Below, piece after piece: positions 25,314 through 39,683 of a stretch of DNA of 64,000 nt. The translations under genes and the position numbers were made by a program. The DNA comes from Camelus dromedarius (lineage: Eukaryota), in NCBI RefSeq assembly GCF_036321535.1, contig NC_087436.1, positions 14,260,001 to 14,324,000 on the forward strand, written 5' to 3'. The notes under the pieces were generated by a model. That model saw only the letters and a program-made list of their open reading frames with translations. It made no database searches and was not told where the DNA came from. Numbering within the stretch: position 1 is the stretch's first letter; every line of letters starts with the position of its first letter.

Positions 25314-25525
25314 TGTAGATACTGACAGGCATATGCAGAATAGATAAACAAGATTATACTGTATAGCACAGGGAAATATATACAAGATCTTGTGGTAGCT
25401 CACAGCAAAAAAAAAATGTGACAATGAATATATGTATGTTCACGTATAACTGAAAAACTGTGCTCTACACTCGAAATTGACACAACATTGTAAAATGACT
25501 ATAACTCAATAAAAAATGTTAAAAA
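25314..25525 (+). mobile_element. Young, heavily 5'-truncated L1 3' end
   Basis: Perfect 14-bp TSD AATAGGATTGCTTT at 25300-25313 and 25526-25539. Very similar to 51056-51240. Confidence 0.93.
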
Positions 25526-25769
25526 AATAGGATTGCTTTAAATTTAATGAGTTATCTGCTTATTCTTACTATGTTGAACTTTCTGGGCAAGGAAAAAGAT
25601 AAGGTACAGTCCTTGCCTCCCTGGAGAGACAAGATACACAAACATTAATATAAAAGTTGAACTTGGTGCCAAAGTAAAGACAGTATCAGCAGCATTCAGA
25701 ACAGGGACTAAGTTCATGAGAACCGAACAGGAAAGGAGAAAGTACTGCTTGAGCTCTGGAACATAAAGC

Positions 25770-26335
25770 ATTTACTCACTGAGTCAACATTTAATGAGCA
25801 CCCAGTTCAAGACAGCCACTGCTCTAGACACTACAGATACAGCAGTGCAGGAAACAGACCAAGTCTGCCCATTAGACTCACAGGAGGCATCGGGGAAGGA
25901 GGAGACTGAGAGCGAGTAACTGCATCACAGGTAATAGTAAGTGCTGTAACAAGCACAGCTGATCCTTGAACAACACAGGTTTGAACTGCGTCTCCTTTTA
26001 TGCTTTTTTTAATAAATATGTTTGTACAACAGTGCTACATAATCCCAGGTGGCTGATTCCTCCGATGCTGAATTGCAGATATGAAGGGCTGAAGGTAAAG
26101 TTATATGAAAATTCAACAGCAGGGAGGGTGCGTGTCTCAACCCATGGTTCAGGGGTAAACTGTAGTAAGTAGTAAGCTTGTTTGTTTAATGCAGGATAAA
26201 GAGGGATACAGAGTGACAGGCAAAGGGTGCTTCTTTAGATGGGATACTCAGGGAAGGTCACTCTGAAGAGGTAAAATGTGGGCAGAATTCTGAACAAAGT
26301 GAGGGAATGAGCCATGTGGCTAAGTAGGGAAACAA
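25770..26335 (-). mobile_element. L2 3' fragment interrupted by a Tigger MITE
   Basis: caacatttaatgagcacc...gatacagcagtg, then cagggaaggtcactctgaagaggtaa...gaatgagccatgtg. Confidence 0.7.
25956..26162. mobile_element. Tigger2-like MITE
   Basis: Imperfect TIRs CAGCTGATCCTTGAAC / GTTCAGGGGTAAACTG, followed by TA. Confidence 0.75.
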
Positions 26336-26404
26336 CGACTTAAAATGTAAAACGATGTTCTAGCTCTTAATTGAATGGTAGACATATAGGTATTCACTGC
26401 ACTG

Positions 26405-28285
26405 TGAATTCACTTCACTAAAATATAACTATGTACTTTTAAAGTACATAATTCAGTGGCTTTTGGTATATTTACAGTTATATAGCCATCACTACTATCT
26501 AATTATAGAACATCTTTATCACCCCAAAAACAAACTCTGCACCCATGAGAAGTCACTTTCCATTACTACCCTTCACCAGCCCCTGACAACTACTAATCTA
26601 CTTTCTGTTTCTATGAATTTGCTTACTTTGGATAGTCATATAAATGGAATCATATACTATGTGTCTTATAGTATACTATTTTTAAGGTTCATTCATTCAT
26701 ATTGTAGCATATATCAGTAGTTCATTTCTTTTCATGGTAGAATACTATGCCGTTGTTTATTTACAATTTGTATATCCATTCATTAGCTGATAGCTATTTG
26801 GACTGTTTCCACTTTTTCACTATTATGAATCATGTTGCTATGGACATTATTGTATATGTTTTTGGCTAGGTCATATAGTAACTGTATGTTTAACTTTTTC
26901 AGGAATTGTCAGACTGTCTTCCAAAAGGGCTACACCATCTTACATTCCCAAAAGCAAAGTATGAGGGTTCCAATTTCTCCACATCCTCATCAATACTTGT
27001 TAGTATCTGTCTTTTTGATAACAGCCATCCTAGCAGGTAGGAACTAGTATCTCACTAAAGTGTTGATATATAGTTCCTTAATGACTAATGACGTTGAACA
27101 TCTTTTCATATGCTTATTGGCATTTGTATATCTTCTTTGGAGAAACGTCTATTTCGATTTTCTGACCCATTTTTAAGTGGGTCATTTACCATTTTACTGT
27201 TGAGTTGTTAAGAGAAAAATCACTTATCAGACATGATTTATAAATATTTTTTCCCATTCTGTCAACTGCCTTTTCACTTCCTTCATGGTGTTCTTTAAAA
27301 CACAAAAGTTTTAAATTTTGACAAAGTCTAATTTATTTATTTTGTTGTTTTTCATGCTTCTGGTTTCATATCTAAGAAACTAAAGTGCCTAATCTGAGGT
27401 CATAAAGATTCACAATTATGATTTTCTTCTAAGAGTTTTATAGTTTTAGCTCTTACGTTTAAGTCTTTGCTCCATTTTGAGTTAATTTTAGAGTATGGTG
27501 TGAGGGCTGGGTTCAACTTCATTTTTTGCACATGGATATCCAGTTGTCCGAGCACCATTTGTTAAAGGCTATTCTTTCGACACTGAAATATGTCTTGACA
27601 ACCTTGTTGAACCTCAACTAACCATAAATATAAGGGTCTATTTCTGTACTCTCAATTCTGTTTCACTATCTGTATGTCTTCCTTATGCCAGCACCATACT
27701 GTGACTGTGTTGATTACTGTAGCTTTGTGGTAGGTTTTGAAATTAGAAGTAGTGAGTCCTACAACTCTGTCCTTTTTCAAAACGCTCTGGGTATTCTGCA
27801 TCCTTTGCATTTACATATAATGTTAGTCAATTTCTACAAAAAAAGCTAGCTTGGATTTTAACAGAGATTGTGTTGAATCTGATTGATGTGAGGAGCACTG
27901 CCATCTAAACAAATTAAGCCTTCTGATTCATGAACATGAGATGTCCTTCCATTTATTTAGATCTTCTTTAACTTCTCTCCACATGTTCTATAGTTTTTAG
28001 GGTACAAGATTAGCACATATTCCTGAGTATTTTCTTATTTTTGATGCTATTGTAAATGGAACTATTTTCTTAAATTTGTTTTCAGATTATTTATTCCTAG
28101 AGCAGGGAAATAAAATTGAACTTTGCATATTGCTCTTATATCCTACAACTATGCTGAACTTATTAGTTTTAATAGGTTTTTTTGGTGTGTGGATTCTTTA
28201 GGATTTTCTATATACAAGGTCACGTTGCCCACAAACAGAGATAGTTTTACCTCTTCCTTTCCAATCTGTATGTCTTTTATATGTA
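26405..28285 (-). mobile_element. Old L1 (L1MA/MB-like) ORF2 3' half and 3'UTR, same sense as the gene
   Basis: Reverse L1 motifs such as gagggttccaatttctccacatcctc, gcacatggatatccagttgtcc and agagatagttttacctcttcctttccaat. Confidence 0.9.
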
Positions 28286-28699
28286 TTCTTATTTTTTATA
28301 CCTTATATATGTTATCAACACTCTTTTATATCCAGTATTTGATAAAAGCTTTTTTGAAAAAAAAGAGTAGTGGTAAAACCAATGTACACTTAACATCTAG
28401 AGTTTTTCATTAGCAAGACCAAAAAGACCAAAAGCGAACTCTTTGTTAGATAATCAATGGAGATTATCCAATCCAATCCAAATAAAATTTAATAAACATA
28501 AAGTAACACCACAACAACATAATAACATACAAACAAGCTGCAAAGATTTATTCTTGCTTTCTTTACCTTAATTAGAGTCCCTCATGAAATCACCTCTTGA
28601 ATTCTGTATGGCATACTTTAAAAATGTTAATCAATAGCAACGACTCTCAAATCACTTTTTAAAGTTTGTGACAGTCTCATCAAGTATCAGCTATTACTA

Positions 28700-28930
28700 G
28701 AAACATGAAAGACCTGGAAAGGTAATTCAGATGACCTCATCTGAATACTAGCTTTCTTATCTAGTTGGCTATGTGATCCTGGGCAAGTACTTAAAAACTT
28801 TCTTGGCCCCTGTTAGCTCAGCTGTAAAAAGAGGCTAAAATTACTCCAGAGTATTATGAAAATTAGATGAGGTAATATGGGCAAGGTACCCTGTACATAT
28901 TTCTAGGCACTCACTTAATATTAGCTATCC
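28700..28930 (+). mobile_element. MIR SINE
   Basis: ggctatgtgatcctgggcaagtactta...ctcagctgtaaaa. Confidence 0.7.
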
Positions 28931-29045
28931 CTCTCCCCTATTACAATCATCTTTACAACTAATTAGTGCTATTACTATTAATTAGAATAGTAAACGTTTC
29001 TCGAGCACTTACTATGTGCCAGGATTGTTCTAAGCACTTTACGTA

Positions 29046-29748
29046 CAGGCAGTCCTCACCTTGCATGACAGTGCAAGATCAAGACTGTAAAAACGACCAA
29101 GCATGTGGAAACCACGCAGACTGATTAAAGGGAACAAGTGATTATTCCATGACCTTTAAAAATTCTCGTCAAAATGTAAAAAGTCCTTCCTTGTTTATGT
29201 TGTTAAGCTGGGCTTCAATAAGTTTTTCTGGCTCAAATCTAGAGTCTCTCAAACAGCGGCAGTGTCAACAAGCTTATGGTCAGCTGTTTCTTCTATCACT
29301 TCATTTAGGTTTGACTTGAACTTCACTTCTTCCATTGTTACCACTTTTCATTTCTTTGCTGCACTTCTATCTTTGTTCACCCATTCCCTTTGGATTATCT
29401 ATTTCTGGAAAACGTCACATGAATTTATGACCAGGAGACAAGGTGGTAACACAGCCACATGATTTGCTGTCTGTTTGTGAAATGAATAACAGATACACAG
29501 TGACCAACTGCCAAGAGACTTTGGAAGAAATGACATGATTAGTCAATAATCACGATATGCATCTGTTACTTACATGTTGATTTATGGACTTGAGTGTTAG
29601 CAGGGAAGTTTGTACTTTATACAATTACAGTTCACACACTGTGGTGACAGAAGTTTGAGCTGTGTTATTGGAGACTGGTATTCTTCAATTAAACCATGGT
29701 AACTGAAATTAATGCATTTTGGAACTATACAGAGCAGGAACTGCCTTG
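29046..29748. mobile_element. Tigger-family DNA transposon inserted at a TA inside a MIR (MIR halves about 28985-29045 and 29749-29835)
   Basis: TA|CAGGCAGTCCTC...GGAACTGCCTTG|TA imperfect TIRs. The flanks join into a continuous MIR: gcactttacgTA / ttatctcatttaatc...tttacagatgagaaaactg. Confidence 0.8.
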
Positions 29749-32179
29749 TATTATCTCATTTAATCTTGACAATAATAGTTTAATTGGTATTTTCACTACT
29801 CTTTTACAGATGAGAAAACTGGAACACTGAAAAATGGCACTTAGTTACCAAGCTTCAAGAAACAAAATTAACTGTAATGTAAATAGCTACAAGCAACTTA
29901 TTAGTCTTAGAATTTATTTTGGTTAGTATGTGTACTAAAAAAATTATTTAAAAAATACCTTTTAAAAAATCATTATTTCAGAATCTGCTGAAGTTTAAAC
30001 ACACACTAATGCAAATACATTCTCATTTTGTGATTTTCAACTAGTTTAAAACATGAGTAACTTTCTTTCCATTTCACTTACTTCCTAACATCACTTATAA
30101 CCTTTTGTCACAATATCCTTTTCATCTGAGTATTGTTTTGGAGAACACTTAGAATTAAAAAGAAAATTCTTTACATCCAGTTTTATTTACTTCTTATTTC
30201 TACCAAATCTCTGAGTCTGTTCATTTGGTTGAATAAATGATCTTTACCGTTCCAGTTTATTTTTTTAGTACACTAATACATTAAATCAAACGGTTTCCAG
30301 TTTTAAATATTAGTGATCCTTTTATTCATATTTACATTAAAACCAGATAATGTTTTCTCTCTGAAAGACAAATACACCACTTACAAAATAAATAATGTCA
30401 AACCACCAAAATATTTCTTAAACTTTGCAAGTTTGGTCATTAAGCTCAATTATTTATAGAGTGATTTCCCTGGTTATTGCTTTGTTCAAGCCTTGAGAGC
30501 TTTTTAGCTCTCCTTAAGATAAAAAGTATCAAAGATATCTCTCAAAATGAGGGATTAAAAAAACCACAGACATACACGTGACAGAGAGGTTCAGAAGAGT
30601 CGTGTTTGCTGTGCTCTTAGAACTTAGCTGAAAGAACATTATTCATTTTGAATCATCTGTCCTGTCACAAAATATTGTGTAAATTCCCAGAAAAGAGATC
30701 CAGTAGTAGTAGCTGGGGAGAGGGGAGCGAGTACCAGGTTAAATAGTAAATATGGTGGACATGTCTCATTACCTAAGCTTTCAAGAATTTAAAAGGTGCT
30801 CCCATCCTGTCATGCACGGCCTCTGGAAGAAACAACTTCTAGCCGTCTGAGGATGTTACGTTTCACTCAGACCCCCCAGTGGTCTCCCAAGGATCCTCTA
30901 CTCAACGAACAAAAGTGCTTCCAGAAAAAAACCTCATGTCCTTTACGTAAAACAGCTGTAAAATCTGAAAAGCACTAAGGCCTTCTTTGCCTAAACTGTT
31001 ACTAATAGAAGGAACCTAACCAAAAGTGGTACAAATAGGTCTATTCATATTCTGAACAGAATTATCATTTTGATAGTGGTCTGGCAGCTAAGTTGCTGCA
31101 ACACAAAAGGACACGGGCTAGGAGAGAGGAATGCATGACTTGTGAGAAAACACTCAGTATTTTATGAGCTTGTTGACTGTTTTTTGTAAAATACACATTC
31201 TCTAAATAATATAATTTGGCCTCATAATTCACAGAAATCTAAAATGTGTCTTTACATAACCCTCATGAATTTCTAAAGTGTCTGTTACAAGGTTGTGCTT
31301 AGCTTAGTAACTTTTACAATATCTGCTACTGCACTTACGCCTATAGTTTCCAGAATGTATTTCAGAGACAATGAGCCCATTTATAACCAACAACATAAAA
31401 TCCCTAATTTGCATTTTTATGTCGCTGACATTCGCCTCAACGTTTAAGACTCTGCAAAGTTGTGCTTCACAATTGTACAATAAAATGGAATAAACCTATA
31501 GTTAACTTTCTATTCAAGCTACTAGGATAATGCTGGAGTATTTAATAGTTTTAAAAATAAATCTTCAAACAATTAAAATGAAACAAAATATAATGCTTTT
31601 GGCAAAAAAGTTTCATGTATAGTTTAAGTCCTTTTCAAAGGATACAAAATAATACTTATAGTTACAGCTTCGTAGGCTGTGAAGGGGTGCTCATTTTCAA
31701 CCAAAATAACTTGCCTCCATTTACATTTTAACCGAGGTAAAAAAAGAATGAGGTTAAATGTGTAACTTTATAATTTAGCACTAAAGTTGGTGCAATATCA
31801 ATACTTAAATGTTCAGCAAATTTGCTTTAAAATACACACCCTTAATCAGATGCACAACACTTTCATTTGTAAGCAGAACTAGAGTTTTATTAATGAATTC
31901 TCTTTCACTCAGGGAGGGGAGGAGAAATCTTAAAACAGCAGTGATTCCCAAAGTTCACATTGTAACCACCGACAATCTGTCAGGATTCCCCAAGTATTCT
32001 ATAACTTACATGAACTCTCTTCTCTCTAGTTTCCTTACACTACATTCTCCCAGTTTCCCCCCTATCTACATTTTAAAAAATGGCTTGGTGTTCTTTATTG
32101 GTTCTAGCTTCTCTACAAGAGCAAAGTCCGAAGTCTTCCTTCCCTTCTTCCCTTGGTGACCCAACTGACTTTGTCTCCC

Positions 32180-32700
32180 TCTCTAGTCATATCGGCCCTG
32201 AAATGCATTCTTCCAACAATAGGCAGAGACAAATTTCTAAATGCAAATCTGATGAGACATTTCATTTTTTATGACATTTAGCGGCCCTCCATTGCCTTCT
32301 AGGTAAAGTCCAAACTCCTCCACATATTTTTGAGGTTTTGCAGGATCTCATCCCTATTTCTCCAGTCTCCTTTCTCACACATCTGCCCACACATTCTCCA
32401 CTCCAACAATAGTGAATTTTCAACGCTATGGTCTTGCCACAGGTGGGAACATTCTCTGCCCTTCCTCATCTGGCTAGCTCATCCTTCCGATTCAGTGTGG
32501 AGAGAAACTCCTCAGGGAATCATTCCATACTCCTCCCACCTGCTCCCAGACCACCCTGTACCTGGCCCAGCATACCGCTTCTCACATGGTATTAACACTG
32601 TCTATACGCTCTTCTGCTGCAGACTGGAAGCTCCCTAAGACCATCTAACCTGCTCCTCTCTGGCAGACCTAGCATCTAGCCGATATAATATGAATACTAA
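32180..32700 (+). mobile_element. L2 3' fragment
   Basis: tttctaaatgcaaatctgat...ctccattgcc...taaagtccaaactcct...agactggaagctcc. Confidence 0.7.
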
Positions 32701-33074
32701 GTTTTCTCAATTTCAACACCTTATCTCATTTTTCAAAATGGATAAAACCTCCCAAAGCATTTACCTCATATACTTTTTAAAGAAACAAACTGAAAGTATT
32801 GTTAAATGTTCTATGAATTTTGGTAGTTTAAAAAACCCCTTTGTTGTTTTAAGTTAGCTGCTTCTAAGGAATATCTGCCAGAAGCAAAGCTGTTGTTCGA
32901 GCAGATCTCCACATTCCCAGTTTGACTGTAAACATATTGCAACATCCTTAACCTCCTCGCGGTGGCCTCTCTGCCACTCTACAATTATCCTGAGTCAAAG
33001 CTGATTATTCTCCCACATTCTGTTTATCAAGTGGGTAGAGGGAGGGTCAGCAATTTCTCAGCTCTCCACTTCTA

Positions 33075-33230
33075 AACTACCCATTCTCAAACTTGAGTTT
33101 GGGTAAGAACCACCTGAGAAATCTACTGAACAGGCAGATTCTTCTCAGCTGCCTGTTGTAACTTTCAGTAAGCTGGGGCATGGAGCCCAGGAGACAATTT
33201 CTAACAAGTAAGCGAGGTGATTCTGATGCA
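33075..33230. mobile_element. MER5-like MITE
   Basis: ttctcaaacttgag...cagtaagctgggg...cccaggagacaatttctaacaag...ggtgattctgatgcag. Confidence 0.7.
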
Positions 33231-36200
33231 GGTGTCCTCTGTCCTCTGTGTACACCTGGAGGAACTCTGCAGTTCAGAACTGCTTTTGGTCCTGCAATGC
33301 TGACTCCCAACCCCATTTCTTTGCAGGCCACCCCACAGCACTGCCCTCTTCCCCACCTTAACACCGTCATCTGCCTTCTTTCCAGTCAGTACCAAATTAC
33401 TGAGGGTGCTGTATCCAGGTCTTCTGCTCTGTCCCCATCTCTTATCATGACCCTCGGTGTTCCCAACCCTTTGCCTGCCATTGGGTCCACCTCAGGGATT
33501 GATTCTAGGTTCAGTTTACAGTTCCTTCGAGTAGTATATAAGGTGTCTAAGCTGAGATTTCATGGCTCATCAAAGACACAGACTACTAATGGCACAGTAT
33601 GTAGTATGCTGTTTTATTTTTTTTTAAATACAAATAGCAAAATACTTAAACTAAAACAAGAGCTATTGCATGAGCCTGCCTACCTATGCTGATGCAGATT
33701 GATGGGTTATAGTAAAACAATGTGTAAAGACGTATGATTTTTCCCCCCTCAGTATACTCGTAGGAAGCCTTAATTTGGTAGTTTGATTCAGATTTGATCG
33801 TTTGTATTTGGACAAGGGGCCAAAAAATGTGAGGGCAGATAAAAGATATATTCAAGTAACACAGTACATCCCAACCTACAAGTTAGTCTCAGATTTCATT
33901 AACTTCTTCATCTCTAATGCCTTTCACCTTTCTTGCCCAATTCTACTTAAGCAACTGGAATTCCCATGGCCACTCTTTGGACCTTATCATTGCTCAGAAA
34001 GTAATACTTTTAGAAAAATTTTAATTCTAGTGATTCACTTTAAGATCACAATCTCCTTCCATATCTGTAACTTCACTTGATGAAGATAGCAAACCTCCTG
34101 ACTTATTCTCTGTTTTATGTTCTATTTTCTTTATCAACACACATACACACACACACAATCTCAAACTCAATCTCATTTCTCTCTCTCTCCCCCCACCTCC
34201 CTCTCATTCATTCAACAAACATTTAATACCTTACAGTATCGTTACCTTCTGGCAGTTTACTGCCTACTCTTTTGGCCTCACTCCAACTCCTGCATTCAGA
34301 CTAAGGTCTAGATTCTAACTAGTACTGAAGTTTGATAAGAATGAAATCATGTACAAACTTGCATCAAGGAAATGCTGAATTCACTCAAAGACTATCGCTG
34401 TGGAAATACTAGTATGTAACTACACCCAAAAAAATTTCTCCTAGATATAAAAAAAAACTTATCCATGATTGCATTTGTTTATAAATAAAGGCACAATCTA
34501 CAAATTATAATTAAGATACATATGGCTTCAGTCTTTCATTAGAATCATATTTATTCACAATTTCAACAGGAATCCCAATCCAGAGTTAATTTAATAGATG
34601 TATATATAATACACATATTTTAGAACTTAATTTGTGGTAATAGTACTAAGAATATATTCTATACTTGGAAAGTAATTACTAAAATGAATCAGATTTTGCA
34701 CGGATTAAACAACCCTCGAAAAACATTTGCCATACCTTTAAAAGGGTCCAAGACATACATTTGGTAAAAACTGGCCATAAGAAAAAGTTCCCATGAAATC
34801 AATGCTGCCACTGTCTGAACTACTAAATTTTTCAGATATGAATAATGCAGAAACATTACACTGTTATCACCATACAGTATGTGGAAAAACCATGATCACG
34901 TGGTATCCAAATTCTAGGGCAGGATGACTGAAGTAGAAAATGTCAAATTTAAATCCTTACATTGAAATCCATTCTTTCACTGAACAGCTCTACTGTAAAC
35001 CATAAACTGTACAGTGTGCACACACTCTCTGCCTTCAATGTGATTCTAATCTCTCGGGAAAAGCAGATAAATAAATGGACAGTTACATCATTAAGGTGAG
35101 AGAAAGAAACATGTCCCACACAATGTTCTTACAATTTCTATTCTTATATTCTTTCCCAAGTCTTCCTTAGACTGCTAAAGTAGGTTATTCAGACTGATGA
35201 GTACAGGGGAATTGAGAAACTATTTAGTTTAACAAAATCATTAAAGAATAAAAGAAAAATAACAACAAAAATGTCCAAAACAAGAAAACTTCCAACAACC
35301 AACAAATACAACAAAGATGACTGTGATGCATGTTGGGAAATTAAGAACAAAAGATGTATCAAGTCTCAGAGTACAGTATCTCTTCCCTGTCTTCCTCAGC
35401 ACTCTGGAAACCTTGTTTCTAGTCCTGATTCTAACATCTATTCACTCATTCAACAAACATTTAATGAAGGCCCCAATTATCTATTCTGTGCCAGCACTGC
35501 TGCCAAGCCCCGCAGATGAGGTAACGAATGAGCACTCTTGCCCGCACTGTGCTTACCATGAAAGCCTTTGGTACTGTTAGTTAACATGGGTAATTTTATC
35601 ACAACCTCAGGGGCCCTTACCTCAGGTGTAAAATAAAGTAGTGAGACTCACAGACCTTTAAGGTACTCCTACTGAACTAAAATCCTGTCACTTAACTCAA
35701 AACTTGTAGACCAGGAGTATTTAAGACACAGGGAACCTAAGGATCCACAGACAGAGTTTAAGGGATCCTAAACTCATTCAAACTGGACACAAGATTTGGT
35801 AGTTTTGTGTATATATGCCTTTTCATAGAGAAAAGGTACATAGGTGGAAAAACCTAAATTGTGAATTTTAGCTTTGGGACTTCCACAGGGAAAGTTCTAT
35901 TTTAGCTGTATCTATTACGATGATTTCTCTAAATCTGCCAAATATAACTTAATTCACAAGAAGCTTCAACCATATGGAGCTAATACGTGCTTCTTCATTT
36001 TAACTCATGGCATACATCGCACATTTCTAATCTAGTATTTTGACCAGCACTATAACAGAATAAACTATAAATAATATGCAGTTTACAAGTAAAAGTATTC
36101 TTTAGAGGTTAAACTTTACTACACTTCAAAAAATAATAATTATTTTTTATTTAGAAGCAAAAATATTTTTGCTGTAAAAACTGCAGTAAGTATTACTATC

Positions 36201-37444
36201 CTATCCTCTCAACATACAGTTGTTGCCCCTTATCTTAATAAAAAGAATAACAAACCTTGAAACATTAATATATGTTAAGCTGCTGTCAGGGAATTTCCAG
36301 GACAAGTTCTCCCATTACATTCTCTATTTCAATGTGAATGTTGACTTAGAAACTACCCAGGGCCTCTCCTAGTAGGACAGATTTAGAAGGGAAATCAAAA
36401 GAAAAATGAAACATCAGCAATGAGACAGAAACAAGAACACACTCACTCACTCACAATTTCACTGCCTGGGCCATAGTGACACCAACTGGCCAGACAAGTA
36501 ATGACAACTTAATTAGGCACCATCTTAATTTATATAAGACTACTGTTTTAAAGTGTATTCTGCAGTATGCATTAAATAAAAGTCATTATATGATTTTAAA
36601 CATCAAATATGTATAAAAGGAAGATGTATGTTAATAAAATACCTCAGAAAACTCTGGTTATGGTCTAGTTTTGTATGAGACCTCTCTACTAGTCTATAAA
36701 ATACAATCTAATGCTAAGCAATATATTATTCACACTTTTTTCCCTATGAACTTTTATCTATAGTAAAATAGAAACATGGATTTCAGGTTAAATACAATTT
36801 CCCTTTCATTGCTAAGGAAAATAAAGGAGCATGCCAAAAATATAAGTAAGTACATGACTAATAGATCTTGCGTGTAATTTATTCAACAGTCAAAAGATGC
36901 TTTTGAAATCTTGTTTTCATTCATGGTAAAAGAAAACACATAGCCTTTCTTTTAAAAAAAAGAATATTAAATATGTAAGAGGCTCATGATGCATATATTT
37001 TTCATAAGAGCAGATATAAACAGAAACAATTTTTATGATGTTGAATTTCTTTAGGGAGATTAAGTGGGGTGTACTGGTTGAAGTGGATTATTGTTTCTAA
37101 GGAAACTTGCCCATTGGTAAAGTTCACATCCAATGAGAGGGGACCTCCAGGACAACCCCTTCTTTTTCCCTTCTCTACCTTCCCATAGAAAATGAAAAAA
37201 CATTAAAAGGTAATCTCCAAAAAGAGAATCAGATATTAAACAAGAAGTAAACTTACAAAGCTACAAGTTAACTGGCTTTGCATAAGCAAAAAAAAACTCA
37301 TACAGATATATTATGATTTAATTCACTTTACTCTAGTAAGACTTCATTCTAAAGTTAAAATTTGCAAGGATAAAGGAAAACTTTTTTCAGTGCTACTCAA
37401 AGGCAAATAAAGGTTCTTAACAAAAGACTCATAATAGATTTAAG

Positions 37445-38850
37445 GTATAAGGCAATCCTGAAGAACAAAGCTGGAGGAATTAACTACCAGGTATCAAGGC
37501 TGAAGCTAGTATCTGTTCCAGACTTAATTACTCTAATAAGTAAGTAGGTAAGATAATTTGGTATTATTGCAAGGACAGACAAAAAGACAAAGAAATAAAA
37601 CACAGAGCCCAGTAGTAGACCCACATGTATATGATCACCTGATTAACAGCAAAGGGCCCCTGTGGAGAGTCTTTTCAATAAATGATGAATATCAGATGAT
37701 ATTCATATGGGAAAATAAATAAACCTTGACCCCTACATCACGCCATACACAAAATTCAAGATGAATCTCCACGTGAGAATCAAAACAGTAAAATTTCTTA
37801 GAAGAAAACAGAGTATCTTCATGATACTGGAATAGGCCAATTTTCTTAGAAGGGTCACAAAAATTATAAACACTGAAAAATCAGATTTCAATAAAATTAA
37901 CTTTTGCTATCTAAAGATACCATTAATAGAAAACATCTGCAATACACACAAACAAATGACTTGTACCTCAAATATATAAAGAATTCCTACAAATGAATTA
38001 GAAAAGGGCATACACTCAAAAGAAAAATGGACAAAGGACTTGAAAATGCACTTCATAAAAGATAATATCCAAGTGGTCAGTAAGAATATGAAAATATGCT
38101 CAACATCATTAATCATCAGGGAGATGCATATTAAAACCACAAGGAGACACCATTATGATGCTATTAGAATGGTTAAAATTAAAAAGTATCACAATATCAA
38201 AAATTGGTAATGATGTGGAACAACCACAACATTCATTCACTGCTGACAGGACTGTCAACTGGTTCAATCACTCTAGCAAACTAGTTGACAGTATCTACCA
38301 AGGCCAAAAGTCATGTACTGTGACCTGGCAATTCCACTCCAGGGTATATACCCAACATAAACAGGTGATTGTGTGCACCAGACCTGGACAAGCATGGTCA
38401 CAGCAGCTTTATTAACAACAGCCATGAACGGGAAACCACCTAGGTATCCGTCAATTGAAGAATGGATACACAGATTGTGGTGTATTAACACAACAGAAAA
38501 CGATGTTACAACAGAAAAGAATTAAATACTGCCAAAGTAACAATACGAATAAATTTCACAGACATGATGTTGAATGAAAGCCAGTCAGAAAAGAGTACAT
38601 ACTGTATGATTCCATTTACATCCAGTCCAGGAAGAGTCAAAAGCAATCAATGGTGTCAGAATTATGGCAATAGCGATGACACTGGAAGGGAGGGAGGCGT
38701 ACTGCCTAGAAGAGGGCAAGATGGAGCCAGGTAACGTCCTGGAAAAGTTCTACATCTTGATATAGGTGGTGTTTCCATCGAGCTTTACACTTAACATTTG
38801 TGCTTTTTGCTATGTAAAAGTATAAGCTATAGATCAAAAAATAAACAACA
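37445..38850 (+). mobile_element. Old L1 (L1MB/MC-like) 3' portion
   Basis: gaagaacaaagctggagga, gctcaacatcattaatcatcagggagatgca and gtacatactgtatgattccattta motifs. Confidence 0.88.
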
Positions 38851-39461
38851 ACAAGAAAAATGATAGGTTTAAGATGGCAGGTGAATCTCCAAAACAATGC
38901 AGCATTTTGTATGCAATGCATTTTTGTTAGACAAAGGTTTCCTTAGACTGTCTATTAAATCCCTGATGGCAGGTATTTTTGTCATTTTTTGTTCACTAGG
39001 ATATCTCCAGTGCCTGGTACACAGCAGATCTCAAAAAATATTTGCGGAATAAATTTGCAAAAAGGAGCTGTTATCAAAAATGAGATGAAGCAATCATTAA
39101 TTAAAATCCTGGTACAATGAGTTATTTGAATTAATAGAAGTTTATAAAGTAACTGGTAGAGTCTAATGATGGTAACTTGAGTTTCTTTGATATGCAAGTG
39201 TACCTTAGTGTTTCCAAATATCAGAAAACTAAAACCTGCTATGAAAATTTCCTTTGTGTGCTCAGAATTTAAGTCTCCTTCTTCTGTCAGTCACTCTGTA
39301 CTGGTCCATGGGTGCTTAGAAATCAAGTTAAAACACTTGCAATTAAAACAAACACATCCCAAGCTTGAAAATACATTTGTTTCTTCCAAAGGACTACTGA
39401 GGCAAAAATAAGTGAAACTCAGTGTAATTTTCTAAAATCAATTAAAATGATCTATCTAAAA

Positions 39462-39683
39462 CAGTGGTTCTCAACCAGAGGCAAGTTTTTCCCTTCCCGC
39501 GGGGACACATTTGGCAATGTCTGAAGACAATGCTGCTTGTCACAACTGGAGGGTACGGTACTTCTGGCATCTACTAGGAAGGGGCCAGGCATTCTGCTAA
39601 CCATCCTACACACATATGCCAACACACCACAGAGGAGTCTGTCTGGCCCAAAATGTCGGTAACACTGAGACTGAGAAATCCTG
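39462..39683. mobile_element. MER20 hAT MITE
   Basis: CAGTGGTTCTCAACC...TGAGAAATCCTG, with 8-bp TSD ATCTAAAA / ATCTAAAC. Confidence 0.9.

Noticed and set aside
33180..33692. 170-aa ORF
   Set aside because: Starts inside a MER5-like element, antisense to the gene, with no recognisable homology or splice support.
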